Positions 7,688 through 18,488 of a stretch of 64,000 nt of DNA are shown here, piece after piece (the stretch's first letter is position 1; every line of letters begins with the position of its first letter). The stretch covers positions 1-64,000 of the forward strand of contig CAVWFS010000018.1 of NCBI GenBank assembly GCA_963754315.1. Direction: 5' to 3'. Under the pieces are notes generated by a model, which was not told the DNA's origin, searched no databases, and worked only from the letters and a program-made list of their open reading frames with translations. This stretch comes from an uncultured Candidatus Rokubacteria bacterium (GTDB taxonomy: Bacteria; Methylomirabilota; Methylomirabilia; Rokubacteriales; CSP1-6). The position numbers were made by a program, and so were the translations under genes.

Positions 7688-9028
7688 TCAGATCACTTTC
7701 TCGTCTTCGAGCGTTTTCATTTCTGCGTCGCTCAGGCCGAGCAGCTCGCCGTAGACGTAGCGGTTGTGCTCGCGCAGGAGCGGCCCCCGCCCGTGCACGA
7801 AGGCCGGCGTCCGCGAGAGCTTGACCGGGTAGCCCTCGTACTCGAAGTCGCCGATCTCCGGATGGTGGACGACCGGGTGCATGTCGCGGTGCTTCAGCTG
7901 CGGATCGTGCTCGACCCGGTCCTCCGCGCTCTGCACCACCGCGGCGACGATCCCGGCTTCCTGGCAGCGCCGCATGACGTCGTAGCGTCGTCGCGGCCGC
8001 ACCCATCGGCCGACGATTGCGTCGAGCGCGTCCTGGTTGGCCACGCGGGCCTCGTTGGTGGCGAAGCGCGGGTCCGCGGTGAGCTCCGGCTGGCCCATGA
8101 GGCGAGCCAGCGACTCGAACTGCGCCTGCGTCTCGCAGGCGATGAAGACCCACCAGTCCTGCCCGACCCGATCCTTGCCAGAACAGCGATAGGTGTTGTG
8201 GGGCGCCACCGCGGGCCAGACGGATCGATTGCCCGGCGGAAATCCCGGGCGGCGGGTGGAGCGGCCGTTCACCTGGTAGTCGAGCATGTAGGTCCCGAGC
8301 AGCGACATCGCGCCCTCGGTGACCGCGTAGTCGACGTAGAGGCCCTGGCCGGTCTTCCTGGCCTGGAGCAATCCCATGATGAGGGCCAGGCTGCCCATCC
8401 ATCCGCCCATGACGTCCATGTAGGAGAAGCCCCAACCCGCCGGCGGCTTGTCGGGCAGCCCGGAGGTCAGCGAGAGACCGGACTGGGCGGCGGCGGTGGG
8501 GCCGAAGCTCCGGTAGGCCTTGTAGGGGCCGGAGTGGCCGAAGCCCGATGTGCTCATGTACACGGCGCGGGGATTGATCTCGTGGATGCGCTCCCAGGTG
8601 AGCCCCCAGCTGGGGAAGACCTCGCCGCTGAAGTTCTCGACCACCGCGTCGGAGATGCCGATGAGCCGCGTGGCTAGCTCGAGGCCCTTGGGATGACGCG
8701 TGTTCAGGCTGATCGCCAGCTTGCCGTGGTGCAGGATCGTGAAGTACGGGGTGGAGTAGTAGGGCTTCTTGCCGTCGGCGTGCCCTCCGCCGTGCAGGGG
8801 GCCGGTGCCCTGTCCCGACGTGAACTCCTGCTGCGGGCCCTCGATGATCGGGCTCGGGTGGGCCGCGTAGCGGTGATCGTCCCACGACCCCACGCGCTCG
8901 ACGTGGATGACCTCCGCGCCGAAGTGGGTCAGCAGGCGGGGAGCCCACGGCCCCACCGTCTTCCACGTGAAGTCGAGGATGCGGACGCCGTTGAGGATGC
9001 CCTTGGGCAGTGTCCCCGGGGCGTTCAT
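7688..9028 (-). CDS. Family III CoA-transferase (CaiB/BaiF; BbsF-like subunit)
   Basis: GVRILDFTWKTVGP, DAVVENFS, SGFGHSGPY, YMDVMGG, APHNTYRC, DPRFAT. Confidence 0.9.
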   Translation of the reverse strand: MNAPGTLPKGILNGVRILDFTWKTVGPWAPRLLTHFGAEVIHVERVGSWDDHRYAAHPSPIIEGPQQEFTSGQGTGPLHGGGHADGKKPYYSTPYFTILHHGKLAISLNTRHPKGLELATRLIGISDAVVENFSGEVFPSWGLTWERIHEINPRAVYMSTSGFGHSGPYKAYRSFGPTAAAQSGLSLTSGLPDKPPAGWGFSYMDVMGGWMGSLALIMGLLQARKTGQGLYVDYAVTEGAMSLLGTYMLDYQVNGRSTRRPGFPPGNRSVWPAVAPHNTYRCSGKDRVGQDWWVFIACETQAQFESLARLMGQPELTADPRFATNEARVANQDALDAIVGRWVRPRRRYDVMRRCQEAGIVAAVVQSAEDRVEHDPQLKHRDMHPVVHHPEIGDFEYEGYPVKLSRTPAFVHGRGPLLREHNRYVYGELLGLSDAEMKTLEDEKVI

Positions 9029-10264
9029 CGAATGACTCCGGCCGCGGCGAGCGCATCGATCTGAGGGGCGGGCAGACCGAGATCGGTTTCCAGAACTTGC
9101 CGCGTGTGCTCGCCCAGACGGGGCGCTCGTCCCCGTGGGGTGATCCCGAGCGCTTCCGACATGAACGGGCCGCGCGGGTAGGGAATGGCCCGGCCGATCT
9201 CCGGGTGCTCGACGGCACGCCAGAAGTCGCGCTGCTGGTAATGCGGGACGTCGTAGTTCTCCTCGGGCGCGCGGACGAGCCCCCACGAGATGCCGTACGC
9301 CTGCGCGCGGGTGAAAACCTCCTCGCCCTTGGTGGCGGCGATCAGCCGGCGAATCCCGTCGCGGACGGCCGTCCCCTGGCGATAGTCGGCCATGCGAACG
9401 GCTTCGTCACGGTACTTCGGGTCGGTCAGCTCGCCGGCGACGCCCTTCTCCTCCATCCACTCGATCAGCTTGGCCCAGCCCTGGTCGCCAAAGGTCTGGT
9501 TCACCGCGATCACGTACATGCCGTCGGCCGTGGGCAGCTCCAGGTCGGGTTGCCGCCGCGTCGAGGCGTGCATGCCGGTCTGCCTGTAGAGCGTCGCGCC
9601 GTTATACAGCCACTCGGGCACCGCCGACTCGGTGCCGATCGAGCAGGCGTCGTGGATCGAGACGTCGATGTACTGGCCCTCGCCGGTCGTCATCCGATCG
9701 AAGAGCGCCGAGCGTGATGCCGTGCAGCGCGAAGACGCAGCCCATGTGCCACGCCTGGTGACCCTGCCCGCCGATCGGTGTGAGGCTCGGGTCGGAATAT
9801 CCGGTGCTCGCCATGTGGCCGCCCAGGGCCAGGTGGGCGGCGTCGTTCATCTGGTAATCGCGCCACGGGCCGTCCTGACCGAAGTCGGTCAGCGACGCGT
9901 AGATGAGCGCACGGTGGCTCGAGACGGACCCGGAGTCGAGGCCGTACGGACGCAAGGTTCCCGGCGGCGTGCTTTCGAGGAAGATGTCCACCCGGGCCAG
10001 CAGTTGCCGGAGAAGGTCCTGGGCCGGCCGGCGGCCGATGTCGAGGGCGACGCTCTGCTTGCCGGTGTTGTACCACCAGTAGTCGAGGCAGCGGTCGGGA
10101 TCAACCTTGTCGTCGACGAAGGGGCCGCACCACCGTCCCGGACTGCCACCCGGTGGCTCGATCTGGATCACCCGCGCGCCGCCGTCGGCCAGAAGCTTGC
10201 CAGCCCACTGGTTGCGGCGATCGGCCAGCTCGACCACGGTGAGGCCGTCGTACACACCACTCAT
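9025..10264 (-). CDS. Family III CoA-transferase (BbsE-like subunit), frameshift near 9710
   Basis: MSGVYDGLTVVELAD...GKLLADGGARVIQIEPPGG...NTGKQSV...DFGQDGPW in one frame; TTGEGQYIDVS...RAPRLGEHT in the next; overlaps the downstream ATG. Confidence 0.85.
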
Positions 10265-10598
10265 CGCCCTCCTCCTCCTCACGATGGATGCTTCAAAGCG
10301 TTCGTTCCCTGCGCGCCCTTCACGGGCGGCCGCACTTGACCTTCGCCACGGGCTTGCCATCCGCGTGGGCCCGGTGCATCGGCCACCAGCCAGTTGTAGG
10401 TGGTCGGAGGGTCTCAAGTCAAAGAGGCGGGAAAGCTGGTGGGCTCGACCGGCGCGGCAGAGCGTCTGGGACTACATATGCTCTACCTGGCGGGTGAAGT
10501 GCGGGTGAGAGTGCTGGCCGCGGTGTCTCCGTAATCGCTCGAGGCGAAGGAAGCGCGTGAGCCTCAGAGGGTGCGCGAGCAGATGCTATGATCGGCGC

Positions 10599-11645
10599 GT
10601 GAAAGCGCCCGCCGCGCGAGTCATGCTCGCCGCGCTGCTGGTTGCCGTCAGCTTTCCCAGCGCCCGCGCGGGCGACCGGACCGAGCGCGGCCATCGCCGG
10701 CAAGTGAAGGTGATGATCATCTCGACGTTCGGTTCGGAGGGGCAGGTCTGGCTGGATCGTCTCGAACCGCGGCGCGCCATCAGGGTACCGGGCCTGGCGC
10801 CGGACTACCCGGACGTGCACTGCAATCAGTCCGAAGTCTGCGTCGTCACCACCGGCATGGGGCACAGCAACGCCGCGGCGTCGGTCACCGCGCTGGTGTT
10901 CTCGCGCCTGTTCGATCTCTCGCTCACCTACTTCATCGTGACCGGCGTCGCCGGAATCGATCCGGCCCAGGGCACCCTGGGCTCGGCAGCTTGGGCGCGC
11001 TACCTGGTGGAGTTCGGCCTTCAATGGGAGATCGACGCGCGGGAGATTCCGCCCGACTGGACGACCGGGTATCTCGGGATCGACACCACGGGTCCGACGC
11101 AGAAGCCGCCGCTGGAATATGGAACCGAGGTGTTCCAGCTCAGCGAGGCCCTGCTGCGCAAGGCCTACGCCCTGAGCCGCGACGTCCCGCTCGCCGACAG
11201 TGCGCAGGCGCAGGCGACTCGCGCAAAATTCAACTATGCGCCGGCGAACCTGCCGCCGAGCGTCCTGCAGTGCGACACCGCGTCGGGCGATACCTGGTTC
11301 GCGGGTACGCTGCTCACCCAGCGGGCGCGCGACTGGACGAGGATCTTGACTGACGGCAAGGGCATCTTTTGCACGGCGCAGCAGGAGGACAACGCCATCT
11401 ACGCGGCGCTGAAGCGGGGCGCGAGCGCCAAGCTCCTGGACCTGGACCGTGTCGCCGTGCTGCGCGCAGGCAGCGACTTTCTCGTGCCGTACGAGGGTCA
11501 ATCGAGCGCGGACAACCTCGTGAAATACGCCTCCCAGGGCGGCTTCCCGATCGCGCTGGAGAACCTCTATCGGACCGCCAGTCCGCTGATGCAGCAGATC
11601 GTCAACAACTGGCGGACGTGGCGGCGCGGCGTCCCCACCCAGTGA
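10599..11645 (+). CDS. Purine nucleoside permease (NUP) family protein with signal peptide
   Basis: KVMIISTFGSEGQVW, TTGMGHSNAAAS, YFIVTGVAGIDP, GTLGSAAWARY, TAQQEDNA, VLRAGSDF. Confidence 0.85.
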   Translation: MKAPAARVMLAALLVAVSFPSARAGDRTERGHRRQVKVMIISTFGSEGQVWLDRLEPRRAIRVPGLAPDYPDVHCNQSEVCVVTTGMGHSNAAASVTALVFSRLFDLSLTYFIVTGVAGIDPAQGTLGSAAWARYLVEFGLQWEIDAREIPPDWTTGYLGIDTTGPTQKPPLEYGTEVFQLSEALLRKAYALSRDVPLADSAQAQATRAKFNYAPANLPPSVLQCDTASGDTWFAGTLLTQRARDWTRILTDGKGIFCTAQQEDNAIYAALKRGASAKLLDLDRVAVLRAGSDFLVPYEGQSSADNLVKYASQGGFPIALENLYRTASPLMQQIVNNWRTWRRGVPTQ

Positions 11646-11721
11646 CGGGCGATCACGAACCGGGCTCGTGAGGGCTGTTGTGACTCAGTCCTCAGCGCCT
11701 GGGCTGCCACGAGACCACCGA

Positions 11722-12951
11722 TCAGACTACGCCTTCGCTCTTCAGCGCGGCGACGGCCTGGGCGTTCAGGCCGAGCCATTCGTTCAACACTAGGTCCGTG
11801 TGCTCGCCGAGCACGGGAGACGCTTTGACGCGCGTGGGCTTCCCGTCGACACGTACGGGCCAGCCCGGCATCTTGAAGGGCCGATGCACGGGATGGACCA
11901 TGGTCTGCATGATCCCGCGCTGCTCGAACGTGACGTCCTTGTTGAGCTCATCCGTATCGAGCACGGCGCCGGCCGGAATACCGGCGTCGCCGATTAGCTT
12001 CATGGCGTCGAGCTTGGTGTGCGTGCGGGTCCAGGTGGAGATGATGTCGTCCACCTCGGCTTCCCGCGCGACGCGGTCGGCTGGAGCGCGGTAGCGCTCG
12101 TCGCCGATCAGATCCTCGCGTCCCATCAGCTTCAGCAGGCGGTCCCAGTGGTCGGGGTTCGCCCGGCTGGTCATGATGTAGACATAGTCGTTCGGCCCGC
12201 CGGGTGCGCAGGGATAGAGTCCCATCGGCGCGTTGGTCACCCCCGGCACCTTGCTGCCCCCGCGCTCGGCCGCCTTGCCCGTCAGGCCCTGGGTCGCGAA
12301 GTTGATCCGCATGTAGTGCAGCATGGCGTCCTGCATGGCCACTTGCAGACGATGGCCCTCGCCCGTCTGGCGGCGCTTGTACAGGGCGCTCACGATGGTG
12401 ATGGCCATCAACATGCCGGTTCCGGTATCGCCCAGGGAGATGCCGGGCCGGATGGGTGGGCCGTTCTTGTCTCCGGTGACGCTGAACGTGCCGCCGCAGG
12501 CCTGGGCGATCATGTCGAAGGCCAGGTTCTGCTCGAACGGGCTGCCCTCACCGAAGCCCTTGACCTGCGCATAGATGATCCCCGGATTGAGGGCCTTCAC
12601 GACGTCGTACGACAGGCCCAGCCGCTCGATGGCGCCGGGAGCGAAGTTCTCGATCATCACGTCGGCCTTCTGGATCAGGCCCTTGACCAGCTCGAGCCCC
12701 TTGGGGGACTTGAGGTTGACCGTGATGGACTGCTTGTTGGCGTTGAAGGCGTGGAAGTAGTAGGGGTCGTCGTCCGGCTGACCGGGGCGGAGACGGCGGC
12801 CGGGATCGCCCATCTTGGGGTTTTCGATCTTGACGACATCGGCACCCATCCAGGCGAGGGCCTCGGTGCAGGACGGACCGGCCTCGAACTGAGTGAAATC
12901 GACGATCTTCACGCCCTGCAGGAAAGTGAAGTCGGACACGTTCGCGGACAT
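11722..12951 (-). CDS. Family III CoA-transferase, formyl-CoA transferase-like
   Basis: DFTQFEAGPSCTEALAWMGADVVKIE, NANKQS, ENFAPG, FDMIAQA, LGDTGTG (catalytic Asp position). Confidence 0.9.
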   Translation of the reverse strand: MSANVSDFTFLQGVKIVDFTQFEAGPSCTEALAWMGADVVKIENPKMGDPGRRLRPGQPDDDPYYFHAFNANKQSITVNLKSPKGLELVKGLIQKADVMIENFAPGAIERLGLSYDVVKALNPGIIYAQVKGFGEGSPFEQNLAFDMIAQACGGTFSVTGDKNGPPIRPGISLGDTGTGMLMAITIVSALYKRRQTGEGHRLQVAMQDAMLHYMRINFATQGLTGKAAERGGSKVPGVTNAPMGLYPCAPGGPNDYVYIMTSRANPDHWDRLLKLMGREDLIGDERYRAPADRVAREAEVDDIISTWTRTHTKLDAMKLIGDAGIPAGAVLDTDELNKDVTFEQRGIMQTMVHPVHRPFKMPGWPVRVDGKPTRVKASPVLGEHTDLVLNEWLGLNAQAVAALKSEGVV

Positions 12952-12996
12952 GGAGCCCTCCCCGAGGTGCGACATTGGCTCCAATATACTCGACGG

Positions 12997-14182
12997 GTGC
13001 CGGTCCTCCTCGCCGCGCTGGGCATGCTGGTGGTTTCGCTCGATTCCGCTGTCAACGTGGCGCTGCCGGCCATGGCGGAAGCCTTCGCCATCGGACCGGC
13101 CGAGATTCGCTGGGTCATCATCTGCTATGTGCTGACCTACGCCATCACGTCGGTGGCTGCGGGCGTGGTAGCTGACCGCCTGGGGCCGGTGCCCGTGTAC
13201 ACGGCGGGCATGTGGCTGTCCGTCGTCGCCTTCCTGCTCTATTTCCTGGTCACGGACTACCCTCTGATGCTCGCCACACGGGTGGCCCAAGGGCTAGCCG
13301 GTGGCCTCGTCTATGGCACCTCACCGGCGCTGGTCACGCTCTCGCTGCCTCGTGAGCGGCATGGCCGGGGTCTCGGCATGCTCGCGGCTGGGCAGGGCGT
13401 GGGCGGGATCGCCGGGCCGCTCGTCGGGGGCGTCATCGTGGCCTGGGGCTGGCCCTGGGTCTTCGTCTTTCGTGTGCCCCTGGCGTTGGCAGCCGGCGTT
13501 CTGGCGCCCTGGCTGCTGCCGCGCATCGCGGGGCGCCGGGGTGTGGAGCTTGCCACCCCGACGGGAGTGGACGACCTGGCCGGTCATGCAGGGACTGACC
13601 TTGGCGGCGATGGCGAGCTGGGCGCAGTTCTCGGTTTGGCTCCTCGCCTCGTTCTACCTCGTCTCTCTTCGGGGACTATCGGCGGCCGCCGGTGGGCTGC
13701 TCTTCGTGCTCTCGCCGTTCGGGGCGGCCGTGGGCGGACCGGTGGCCGGGTGGGTGACCGACCGCGTCGGCCGGCGGCGGCCCATGATCCTGGGACTTCT
13801 ACTGGAGGCCGCGGGCCTTGGCATGCTGGGGCTGGCGGACAGAACGACGCCGCTTCCCGCGGTAGCGCTGGCCCTCTTCCTGGTGGGGTTCGGGGTGGGC
13901 AGCTTTCAGGTGCCCAACCTCGCCCAGGTGATGTTGGCTTTTCCCCGGGCTCGTCAGGGCACCGCCGGTGGGCTGGCGCACCTCGGCAGGACGCTCGGCG
14001 TGGTGGCCGGGGTGCAGGCGGCGGCGACGATATATGGGTCGCTCCAGACGACGCTCGGGTCCGCCGTGGCTTTTCGGGGGGCCTTTGGCGCGGCGGCCGC
14101 CATCTGTCTGCTTGCCGTCGTCCTCGCGCTGGTACCGGGTCCGCGGACGGCGCGGCCGCGAGCGGGCGAGGGGCTCGGATGA
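12997..14182 (+). CDS. MFS transporter (DHA-like), frameshift near 13535
   Basis: LDSAVNVALP, GVVADRLG, RVAQGLAGG, GPLVGG, WPWVF in the first frame; GWVTDRVGRR, FQVPN, RTLGVV in the second. Confidence 0.85.
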
Positions 14183-14198
14183 GGTTGTAACGGGACGC

Positions 14199-14983
14199 TC
14201 AGCCGACGAAAACGCCGCCCGAGGGGTGCAGGAGCTCGCCGGTAAAGTACGACGCGTCGTCCGAGGCCAGAAAGAGCGCGGTCGCCGCGATCTCCTCGGG
14301 CCTGCCGTACCGCCCCATCGGCGTCAGCCCCATCGCCCACCGCGAGCGCGCCGAATCTTCGCGCATGGCTGCCGTCATGGGTGTCTCGACGAACCCGGGA
14401 CCGATGGCGTTGACCCGGATGCCGTGGCCGGCGAGCTCCTGGGCCAGGCATTTCGTCAGCATCCAGACCCCAGCCTTGCTCACGCTGTACGGCGCGCTCG
14501 TCGACGGCATCTTGGACATGATGGACGCCAGGTTGATGATGCTCCCCCGCGCCGGTTCTCGGTCATCCAGCGAGCCACCGCGCGGTTCGAGAACAGCACG
14601 CCGTAGAGGTTCACGTCGATGACCCGCCGGAACTGGTCCATCGGAATGTTCAGCACCGTGTACGTCTGGTACGACGTGGCGCCCGGCACCCGCGCGCCGC
14701 CCACTCCGGCCGCGGCCACAAGGACATCCACCGCCCCGAGCCCCTCGACGCACCGCCGGACCATGGCCTCGCAGGCGGCCTCGTCAGTGGTGTCGACCTG
14801 CACAGCCAGCGACTTGCGCCCGGTCGCGTCGACCTGCCGCGCGGTGTCCGACGCCGCCGCCAGATCGATGTCGGCGGCGCAGACATTGGCCCCTTCCTGG
14901 GCGAATCGCACCGCGCACGCCCTCCCGATGCCACTGCCCCCACCGGTCACCAGCGCTACCTTGCCATCGAGCCGTCCCGCCAT
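14199..14983 (-). CDS. Short-chain dehydrogenase/reductase, frameshift near 14548
   Basis: TGGGSGIG; after the shift GSIINLASI, YSVSK, IRVNAIGPG, PEEIA, SYFTG. Confidence 0.88.
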
Positions 14984-15010
14984 CGCCCCGTCCTCCCGGT
15001 CATCTGACCA

Positions 15011-15054
15011 CGGAGCTTGCTCCGGTGGGTTTCATCGCGGAGCGTGCTCCGGTG
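15011..15054. repeat. Tandem pair of palindromic REP-like units
   Basis: cggagcttgctccggtg (15011) and cggagcgtgctccggtg (15038), 27-bp period, each containing the palindrome cggagc-N2-gctccg. Confidence 0.6.
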
Positions 15055-15119
15055 AATTCGGGCACGAGCCTGCGGCCTCGGCTGAGCCTCGTCAAGTCCA
15101 TCACGTTGCCCGGCGGCAG

Positions 15120-16265
15120 TTACGTCCTCGGCTGGCCCAGCGAGGCGGGGTTGATCGGGGTCGGCATGGCCTGTACGGCGGGCAGGACCTTCTCTGCGAA
15201 CAGCCGGAGGCTCTTCTCCGCCTTGGCGCGGGGCATTCCTCCGTAAAACATGTGGATGACCAGCATCTCGAGGCTGATGGCCCGCTGCAAGGTCCGGATC
15301 TTCTCGATGATCTCGTCGGGGGTACCGATGGGCTGGGTGGCGCGGCGCGCGGCGAGGCTCGCGTCGGCAACGCCGACGTCGGCGGTCTGGCGCTTGAGGT
15401 ACTCCTCGTAGCCGGGAATGCCCGCGAAGCCCGGGTTGTTCCACTCGAAGTAGTGGTGCTGGGCGGCGACGAGCTGGTTCCGGAAGTACTCCCACCCCTC
15501 CTCGGCCTCCAAGGCGGTCTCCGCGCAGTACATCCACAGCAAGGTGGTCGGCTGGTCCGGCGGCAGGCCCATCTCCGCTCGGATCGTGTTGAACTGCCGA
15601 ACCTGGGCCGTCATCTCGTCGAGGCTCGCGCCGGCGACGAACATCTGTCCGAGCCCGTTCTCGGCGGCCAGCCGCGCGGAGGCCTGGGTGGTGAACGCCG
15701 CCTTGATCCGCGTGGTGAGATCGCCCTTGTGGCGCGCCTGCGGGCGGATGGTGGTCGGCGGAATCTTGTAGACCTCGCCGTCGAAGGTGAAGCGCTCCGC
15801 TCCGTCGGACGCCTTGAGGGCTCTGACCACGTCGTAGAAGTACGCGTGCGATTCTCCGATCGGGTACCCGAGCGAGGCGTACTCGTGGGGAGAGATGCCG
15901 CGCCCGATCCCCAGGTGGAGGCGACGGCCCTTGAGCAAGATATCCAGCATGGAGATCTCGCTGGCCAGCCGCACGGGATTCCACCACGGGGCCACGATGA
16001 CCGCCGTCCCCATGTCGACCCGGGTGGTGCGGCCGGCCCAGTAGGCGAGGTACTGGAGCGGGTTCGGTTGCATGGAATACGCGGAGCCGTAGTGCTCGGT
16101 GGCCCAGATGGAGTCGAACCCGAGGGGCTCGACGAGCTCGCCCATGTAGAGCGTGTCGTCCATGTTCGCGGCGTCCGACACCGCGGGCGGGCGGCTGTAG
16201 TCCTCCGCCAGAAGGCGCGCCCAGTCGCCCTGATTGTAGCCAGTCACCATCACGCCGCAGTGCAT
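15120..16265 (-). CDS. LLM-class flavin-dependent oxidoreductase
   Basis: EPLGFDSIWATEHYGSAY, PVRLASEISMLD, LGIGRG, IGTPDE. Confidence 0.9.
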   Translation of the reverse strand: MHCGVMVTGYNQGDWARLLAEDYSRPPAVSDAANMDDTLYMGELVEPLGFDSIWATEHYGSAYSMQPNPLQYLAYWAGRTTRVDMGTAVIVAPWWNPVRLASEISMLDILLKGRRLHLGIGRGISPHEYASLGYPIGESHAYFYDVVRALKASDGAERFTFDGEVYKIPPTTIRPQARHKGDLTTRIKAAFTTQASARLAAENGLGQMFVAGASLDEMTAQVRQFNTIRAEMGLPPDQPTTLLWMYCAETALEAEEGWEYFRNQLVAAQHHYFEWNNPGFAGIPGYEEYLKRQTADVGVADASLAARRATQPIGTPDEIIEKIRTLQRAISLEMLVIHMFYGGMPRAKAEKSLRLFAEKVLPAVQAMPTPINPASLGQPRT

Positions 16266-16531
16266 GCCTGTGCGCCTCTCTCGCTCATCGGATTTCCGGC
16301 AAGCGGTCGATCGAGAATTGATCCCCTACAGCCCTGCCCGGGATCCCCCACGGGAAGCCCACGGATGCTTGGGATGATGGCGGCGGCAAGCAGCGGGAGT
16401 CAAGGTCCGCGAGGAACGCGGCGGGGTTGCCATCGGGCGCGACTTCGACTAGAGAGGAGGCATCGTCCGAGCGATCGGCGCCCACGTGCTCGGTCTCTGC
16501 AAGGGGCGCGTTCGAGAGAGAAAGGGATGAG

Positions 16532-17761
16532 ATGAACGACAACGCCATAGCGCCGGAGTGCCTGTCCGGGGTCCGCGTCCTCGATCTATCGCAATTCGAG
16601 GCCGGGCCGTCCTGCACCGAGGTCCTCGCGATGCTCGGGGCCGAGGTCGTCAAGGTCGAGAGCCCCAAGGGAGGCGAGCCCGGCCGCGCCATCGGCACCG
16701 GACCCGCACCGGGCGCCGACGGCTACTACTTCATGATCTACAACGCCAACAAGAAGTCGGTCACGGTCGACCTCAAGAGCGAACGTGGCATCGCGCTCGT
16801 CAAAGAGATGGCCGGGCACGCCGACGTCTTCGTCGAGAACATGGCGCCGGGCACGATCGAGCGTCTGGGTCTCGGCTGGGATGTGCTGCACGCCCTCAAC
16901 CCCCGCCTGATCTACGCCCAGGTCAAGGGCTTCGGCGAGGGCAGCCCGTACGAGCACAACCTGGCCTTTGACATGATCGCGCAGGCCTGCGGGGGCACGA
17001 TGAGCATCACCGGCGAGCGCGCGGGCCGTCCCTGCAAGCCGGGTCCGACCATCGGCGACACCGGCACTGGCATGCTTCTCGCGATCTCCATCGTGAGCAC
17101 GCTCTTTCAGCGCCAGACCACGGGCCGCGGACGGCGCATCCAGATCGCGATGCAGGACGCGATGCTCCAGTACATCCGCGGCGCGCTCGCCCAGCACGCG
17201 CGCACCGGCGAGCCGGCCATGCGCAACGGCGCCAAGACCCTGGCTGGCGGCATCGCGCCCTCCGGCATCTACCCGTGCGCGCCCGGCGGCCCCAACGACT
17301 TCGTCTATCTGTTCACCAGCAACACCAACCCCGAGCACTGGCGGCGGCTCCTCAAGGTGATCGGCCGCGAGGACCTGCTCGACGACCCGCGCTTCGCGTC
17401 GCGCGAGGCACGCGGCGAGCACGAGGCCGAAATCGACGCCATGGTCAGCGAGTGGACCCGCCGGCACGACAAGCACGAGGCGATGCGCCTCGTCGGTGCC
17501 GCCGGCGTGCCGGCGGGAGCGGTACTCGACACAGGAGAGTTGCTCGGCGAGCCGAGTTTCGAGGCTCGCGGCATCATGCAGACGATGCAGCACCCCCGCG
17601 GCGCGCTGAAGATGCCGACCTTCCCGGTGCGGTTCGACGGCGCCCCGCCCCGCGTCACCGCGGCGCCCCTGCTGGGTGAGCACAACACCACTGTGCTTGG
17701 CGACTGGCTGGGCATGAAAGCGGACGAGGTCGAGGCGCTGAAGCACGACGGGGTACTGTGA
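16532..17761 (+). CDS. Family III CoA-transferase, formyl-CoA transferase-like (paralog of 11722-12951)
   Basis: DLSQFEAGPSCTE, NANKKS, QVKGFGEGSP, LAFDMIAQACGG, IGDTGTGMLLA, YPCAPGGPND. Confidence 0.9.
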   Translation: MNDNAIAPECLSGVRVLDLSQFEAGPSCTEVLAMLGAEVVKVESPKGGEPGRAIGTGPAPGADGYYFMIYNANKKSVTVDLKSERGIALVKEMAGHADVFVENMAPGTIERLGLGWDVLHALNPRLIYAQVKGFGEGSPYEHNLAFDMIAQACGGTMSITGERAGRPCKPGPTIGDTGTGMLLAISIVSTLFQRQTTGRGRRIQIAMQDAMLQYIRGALAQHARTGEPAMRNGAKTLAGGIAPSGIYPCAPGGPNDFVYLFTSNTNPEHWRRLLKVIGREDLLDDPRFASREARGEHEAEIDAMVSEWTRRHDKHEAMRLVGAAGVPAGAVLDTGELLGEPSFEARGIMQTMQHPRGALKMPTFPVRFDGAPPRVTAAPLLGEHNTTVLGDWLGMKADEVEALKHDGVL

Positions 17762-17812
17762 GAAGCGCGAGTTGGCCGGCGGCGACGGCGGCCTCCAGCG
17801 CGAGTGGTCGGC

Positions 17813-18374
17813 TCACGGTCGGTCGTAGAGCCGGCCCCGCTGGAGCGCCCGGTGGGCGTGAAAGAGCGCCCACTCCATGGCGCGCGCGCTGACGCCGCGA
17901 CGCTGCGCCTCGGCGCGGAGTCTCGCGAGGTAGCGCTCCCAGTGCGCCACGGTGAAGCCGCGCCCGCGAGGATTCCCGATCGTCGGGTCGAGCGCATGCA
18001 AGAACTGCCACACACGGATGTCGAGCACACCGTAGCGGCGTGGATCGATCAGAGTGAGGATCGCCGAGGCCACGGAGATGGACACGCCGGTCAGGCGCAT
18101 GAGTTCCGCCATCCGCTCGTGCTCGCTCCGTGCCGCCAGTGCCGCGCGGGAGACTGCTCGCACCAGGGCCGGTGAGTTGCGCAGGTAGTGTGGCCGCGCG
18201 CGGGGGCTCTTCCAGGTGGCCATGCAGCAGTAGCTCTGCCCGGTTAAAGACGCCGCGCCGTCGCACGCCAGCGAGACGGGCGATGAGCGCGGCCGTTGCC
18301 GGATCCTCCGCCGGGACCGGCAGGTCGGCGAGCCGAGCCGCCATCGCGCCGCGGCTCAGCCGATGGAGCGGCAT
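17813..18374 (-). CDS. Hypothetical protein with helix-hairpin-helix (DNA glycosylase-like) features, frameshift near 18223
   Basis: ...RRRGVFNRAELLL/MATWKSPR...LTGVSISVASAILTLIDPRRYGVLDIRVW. Confidence 0.6.
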
Positions 18375-18488
18375 GCCGGAGGCGGACAGATCACGTCACT
18401 TCGACTACAATCCGCCGGAACGTGATCCAAGATCGAACCTACCGACGGGCTCGGGTCATCGTGCGACCGTGATGCCGCAGGGGCGGGC

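Noticed and set aside
6387..9218. 943-aa ORF as a giant thiolase
   Set aside because: Only the last ~400 aa (from ATG 7589 with RBS) are thiolase; the rest is an off-frame read of the CoA-transferase.
12019..14190. 723-aa plus-strand ORF and similar long antisense ORFs (e.g. 34221-36686, 14619-16535, 61534-63210)
   Set aside because: Shadow ORFs typical of high-GC DNA opposite well-supported genes. Only the MFS part from 12997 is real.
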